Assembly: GCF_044704955.1 (NCBI RefSeq)
Contig: NC_091999.1
Location: 48,050,001 to 48,114,000, forward strand
From: Pristiophorus japonicus
Taxonomy: Eukaryota
Reading direction: 5' to 3'
Length of the DNA stretch: 64,000 nucleotides
The notes under the pieces are model-generated. The model was given only the letters and a program-made list of their open reading frames with translations, searched no databases and was not told the DNA's origin. The stretch's first letter is position 1, and each line of letters begins with the position of its first letter. Made by a program: the position numbers and the translations under genes. Of the stretch, positions 60,845 to 64,000 are shown one piece after another.

Positions 60845-62380
60845 CCTTCCACATCACCAACAGAATAGACTCACATCTGGACTGTAAATTAAATCTCTTT
60901 ATTCCTCACTCTTTCACAGGGGATGTAAATCTTTGAGATTGAATTACATAATCAGGATCTAAAGACACGGCCAGTTTGTGCTTTTACATCGACCGCTATC
61001 TATCCATGCAACTGCACCAATAAAGTATCCCCTATAATCTGAATTGATATCAATCTATGTAACCGAGTGCGGTAGATGGCTAATGTGATTCTATTTACAG
61101 TGTACTTGGCTGAAGCTACACTTTTGTTCTGGAGATGAGATCATACTCCTCACATTATAAAATTGTCTCTCACTGCATTTCACTAACTGCCCCTGAGTCT
61201 GTGACTCTAAGACAGCCGTTTGTAAATTTAGCTGTAAAATATGTCCGCTTGTCTGATGATTAAGGAGTGAGTTGACGAAGACACATAAGAAAGTGGGGCC
61301 CGCCCGCTTCAGACCAGCGTTTTATGAGAGAAGCTGGTGAATCAGAATCGATAATGTGATCAGCAAACCTCGACATCCAAAGCCTTGCAGCTAACTTCAA
61401 TAGCGACCGAATGTGTAACAGACACGGGTAACAGGAACACGGTGTATCAGGACATAGTGATATGTTGCAGAATATCACAGGAATAAATGCTTCATCTCCA
61501 GCCGAAACAGATCACAATCTGGGGCCTTTCACCACCCACTGGTAGCCGGGCTATGACAGGGCTTGTTCAGGGATCCAAATCATTTCAAATTACACTGCAC
61601 ACTGCGCGGCTACTAATCACGAATAATGGAGACATTAGTTTAGACCAGGCGCAAAATTCTGTGAGAATATTAAAGAAGTGCAGCTGGCACTTCTCTGTGA
61701 GAATAATTCAAGGCAATTCAACCTGTTTTAGTTAATTTCCGAATCCCACTCATCTCATTACAGTGTGGGGTGAGGACATTAAACCTCTCTCCAGCATTTC
61801 ATGCTGTACTGAATAAATCGACTGAAAGATTTAGAATGGTCTTTATTTGGAAATAGTTTTCATTAGGTACCGTGTGGATCAATTCATTATTTTCCGATCC
61901 TGTTTTGTAATATTGTGAGCATGCAATTTACGTAAAATCATTCTTGAGATGTTATACTATGTAAAATGTTACTTATTTTAAAAGTTCGACTGAATAATGT
62001 AATATTTAAATAGTTAAATACCATCTTTCTCTCATTCTTGTTCACGCTAATCTGACCCGCACAATATTTGGCAGTAACCCAACCGACTGCCGTCAGCGAG
62101 CCTCGAACACCAGTGTCATTTTCAGGAAGCATCTGGGGTTCTGTGCAGTCCATCAAAGGTCAGTTTTCTCACTACTGACCGCATGCCTGGAAGCCAACTT
62201 CAAAACATTCACATTGTCAAAAGAACTATTTATATACACATCTACCCAATAACAGAACTGGTGTTAAGTTAAATTTTTTCGTTGTGTAAATGTGTGTAAC
62301 TGTTCACATATTGCAGGAAAGGAAATATATCCAAAGTCTCAGACACCATGTCAGTAGCAGCAGTCAGCTGGAGTATCAGT

Positions 62381-62585
62381 NNNNNNNNNNNNNNNNNNNN
62401 NNNNNNNNNNNNNNNNNNNNNNNNNNNNNNNNNNNNNNNNNNNNNNNNNNNNNNNNNNNNNNNNNNNNNNNNNNNNNNNNNNNNNNNNNNNNNNNNNNNN
62501 NNNNNNNNNNNNNNNNNNNNNNNNNNNNNNNNNNNNNNNNNNNNNNNNNNNNNNNNNNNNNNNNNNNNNNNNNNNNNNNNNNNNN
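62381..62585. other. Assembly gap (N run)
   Basis: Run of N. Confidence 0.99.
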
Positions 62586-64000
62586 GTGGGATCCCACAAA
62601 GATCAGTGATGGGTGCACTATTGTTCACAACTTATATTAACAATTTAGATTTTGGAGTCAAACACACAATTTCTAAATTTTACAAATGCACTTGGGGCGG
62701 GCGGGTCGGCGTGTAAATACTGTGGAACACTGCAACTATTTAAAAGAATACATGAATTGACTAATTCATTTCAGCACAGACAAGTATGAGCTATTACAGT
62801 TTGGTAAGAAAAATAAGGAGGTCACTTATCACGTTTAAAATAAGAATCTATGCGGGATGGAGGAACACAGGTCTCTGAGAATGCAATTACGCACATCACT
62901 AAAGGTAGCGACGCAGGTTAATAATGCTATAAAAAGAAGAACACCTACACTCGGGTTTATTTCTAGAGGGATAGAATTGAAAAGTGCAATAGTTATGCTA
63001 AACTTGGTTAGACCACACTTGTCGTACTTTGTATAATTGACCAATCCCCCGCCATTTCCCTGAAGCCCTGCATATGTTTCCATTCAGATATGTGGATAGT
63101 GCAGGGAAGGGGAGTTGAGGTAGAAGAGCAGCCATGATCCCGTTGAATGACGGAACAGGCTCGCTGAACCATATGGCCTACTCCTGCTCCCAATTCCTAT
63201 GTTCTTATGTTGTGATTTCCAAGGAAATATGGACATTAGATACTCAATCTCTCCTGATAGAACATCCCCCCGCCCCGCCGCCGTCCCAGGAATCAGATCA
63301 GTCTGATGAACCTTAGATGCACTCCCTCCAAGGCAAGTGTATCCTTCCTTAGATAAGGAGAAGAAAACTGTGCACGATACACCAGGTGTATTCTCAGCAG
63401 AGCCCTATATAAGTGCATGAAGGCTTCTTTTTTCTAATACTCCAATCCCTTTGCAATAAAATGTTGCTTACCATTTGCTTTCCTAATTGCTCACTTTGGC
63501 TCCATGTTAGCTTTCTGTGATTCGTGTACAAGGCCATCCAGGTCTTTCTGAATAACAACATTACCCAGTTTCTCAGCATTCAAAAATTATTATGCGTCTC
63601 TATGTGTCCTACCAAAGTGCGTAACTTCACACTTCTCCACATTATACTCAATCTGCCATGTTCATGCCCACTCACTTCACCTGTCAATATCCCTTTGCAG
63701 CCTCCTTACTACTTCCTCACTGTTTACTGTCCCACCTACCTTTGTATTGTAAAGTACGCTAATTTAAGTCATCTTTCTATACACGTGTAGAAGCTCGAAC
63801 AATCTGTTTGTAGATTATTGATAGCTTATTTAATTTTATATTTTCTCCCATATTATCAGTTGCATGTGCATCTTTTGCAGAATTCCAAAATCTTCCCAAT
63901 TTTTGGGCTTATTACTCTTTTTGTCAACATTCCATGGCTGTTAATTTCATCTAATACTATCTTTAACTTCCCTTGTTAGCCACGGTTGCAGCATTTTTCC
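62586..64000. mobile_element. Cluster of old CR1 fragments in both orientations
   Basis: GIPQRSVMGALLFTTYINNL (+), a CR1 tail at about 63130-63210 (+), decayed RT fragments 63300-64000 (-). Confidence 0.75.

Noticed and set aside
60923-60930. Octamer-like ATGTAAAT upstream of VH
   Set aside because: Imperfect, about 250 bp from the ATG, expected by chance in AT-rich DNA

Overview
Eukaryotic DNA from a cartilaginous fish, most likely a shark, judged by its IgM and repeat content. Left to right: (1) 1-820 is the truncated remnant of an IgM heavy-chain cluster (damaged Cmu1 exon plus part of the J-C intron), paralogous to 52550-54230. (2) About 820-19385 is a decaying ~3-3.4 kb tandem array. 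Each unit carries tRNA-Leu(TAA), tRNA-Asp and tRNA-Ser(AGA) genes, CT-rich spacer and a DeuSINE head; CR1 LINEs have inserted into it. (3) A near full-length CR1 and a decayed LTR retroelement with a tRNA-Ser primer site follow. (4) 29318-31771 (-) is the only apparently intact protein-coding gene, a two-exon GPR139/142-like class A GPCR with a TATA box. (5) Mini- and microsatellites, including a 2.1 kb polypurine tract. (6) A two-LTR endogenous retrovirus with gag, pol and an unusual Cys-rich env, abutting a third LTR element with a tRNA-Arg primer site. (7) 46537-60850 (-) is a pseudogenised IgM heavy-chain cluster (leader, VH, D/J, Cmu1-4, secretory tail). Its variable part appears pre-rearranged in the germline as VD1 - D2J, leaving one compatible 22/12 RSS pair, and a CR1 LINE splits its secretory tailpiece. 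Most ORFs in the supplied track are artefacts of low-complexity DNA or LINE fragments.
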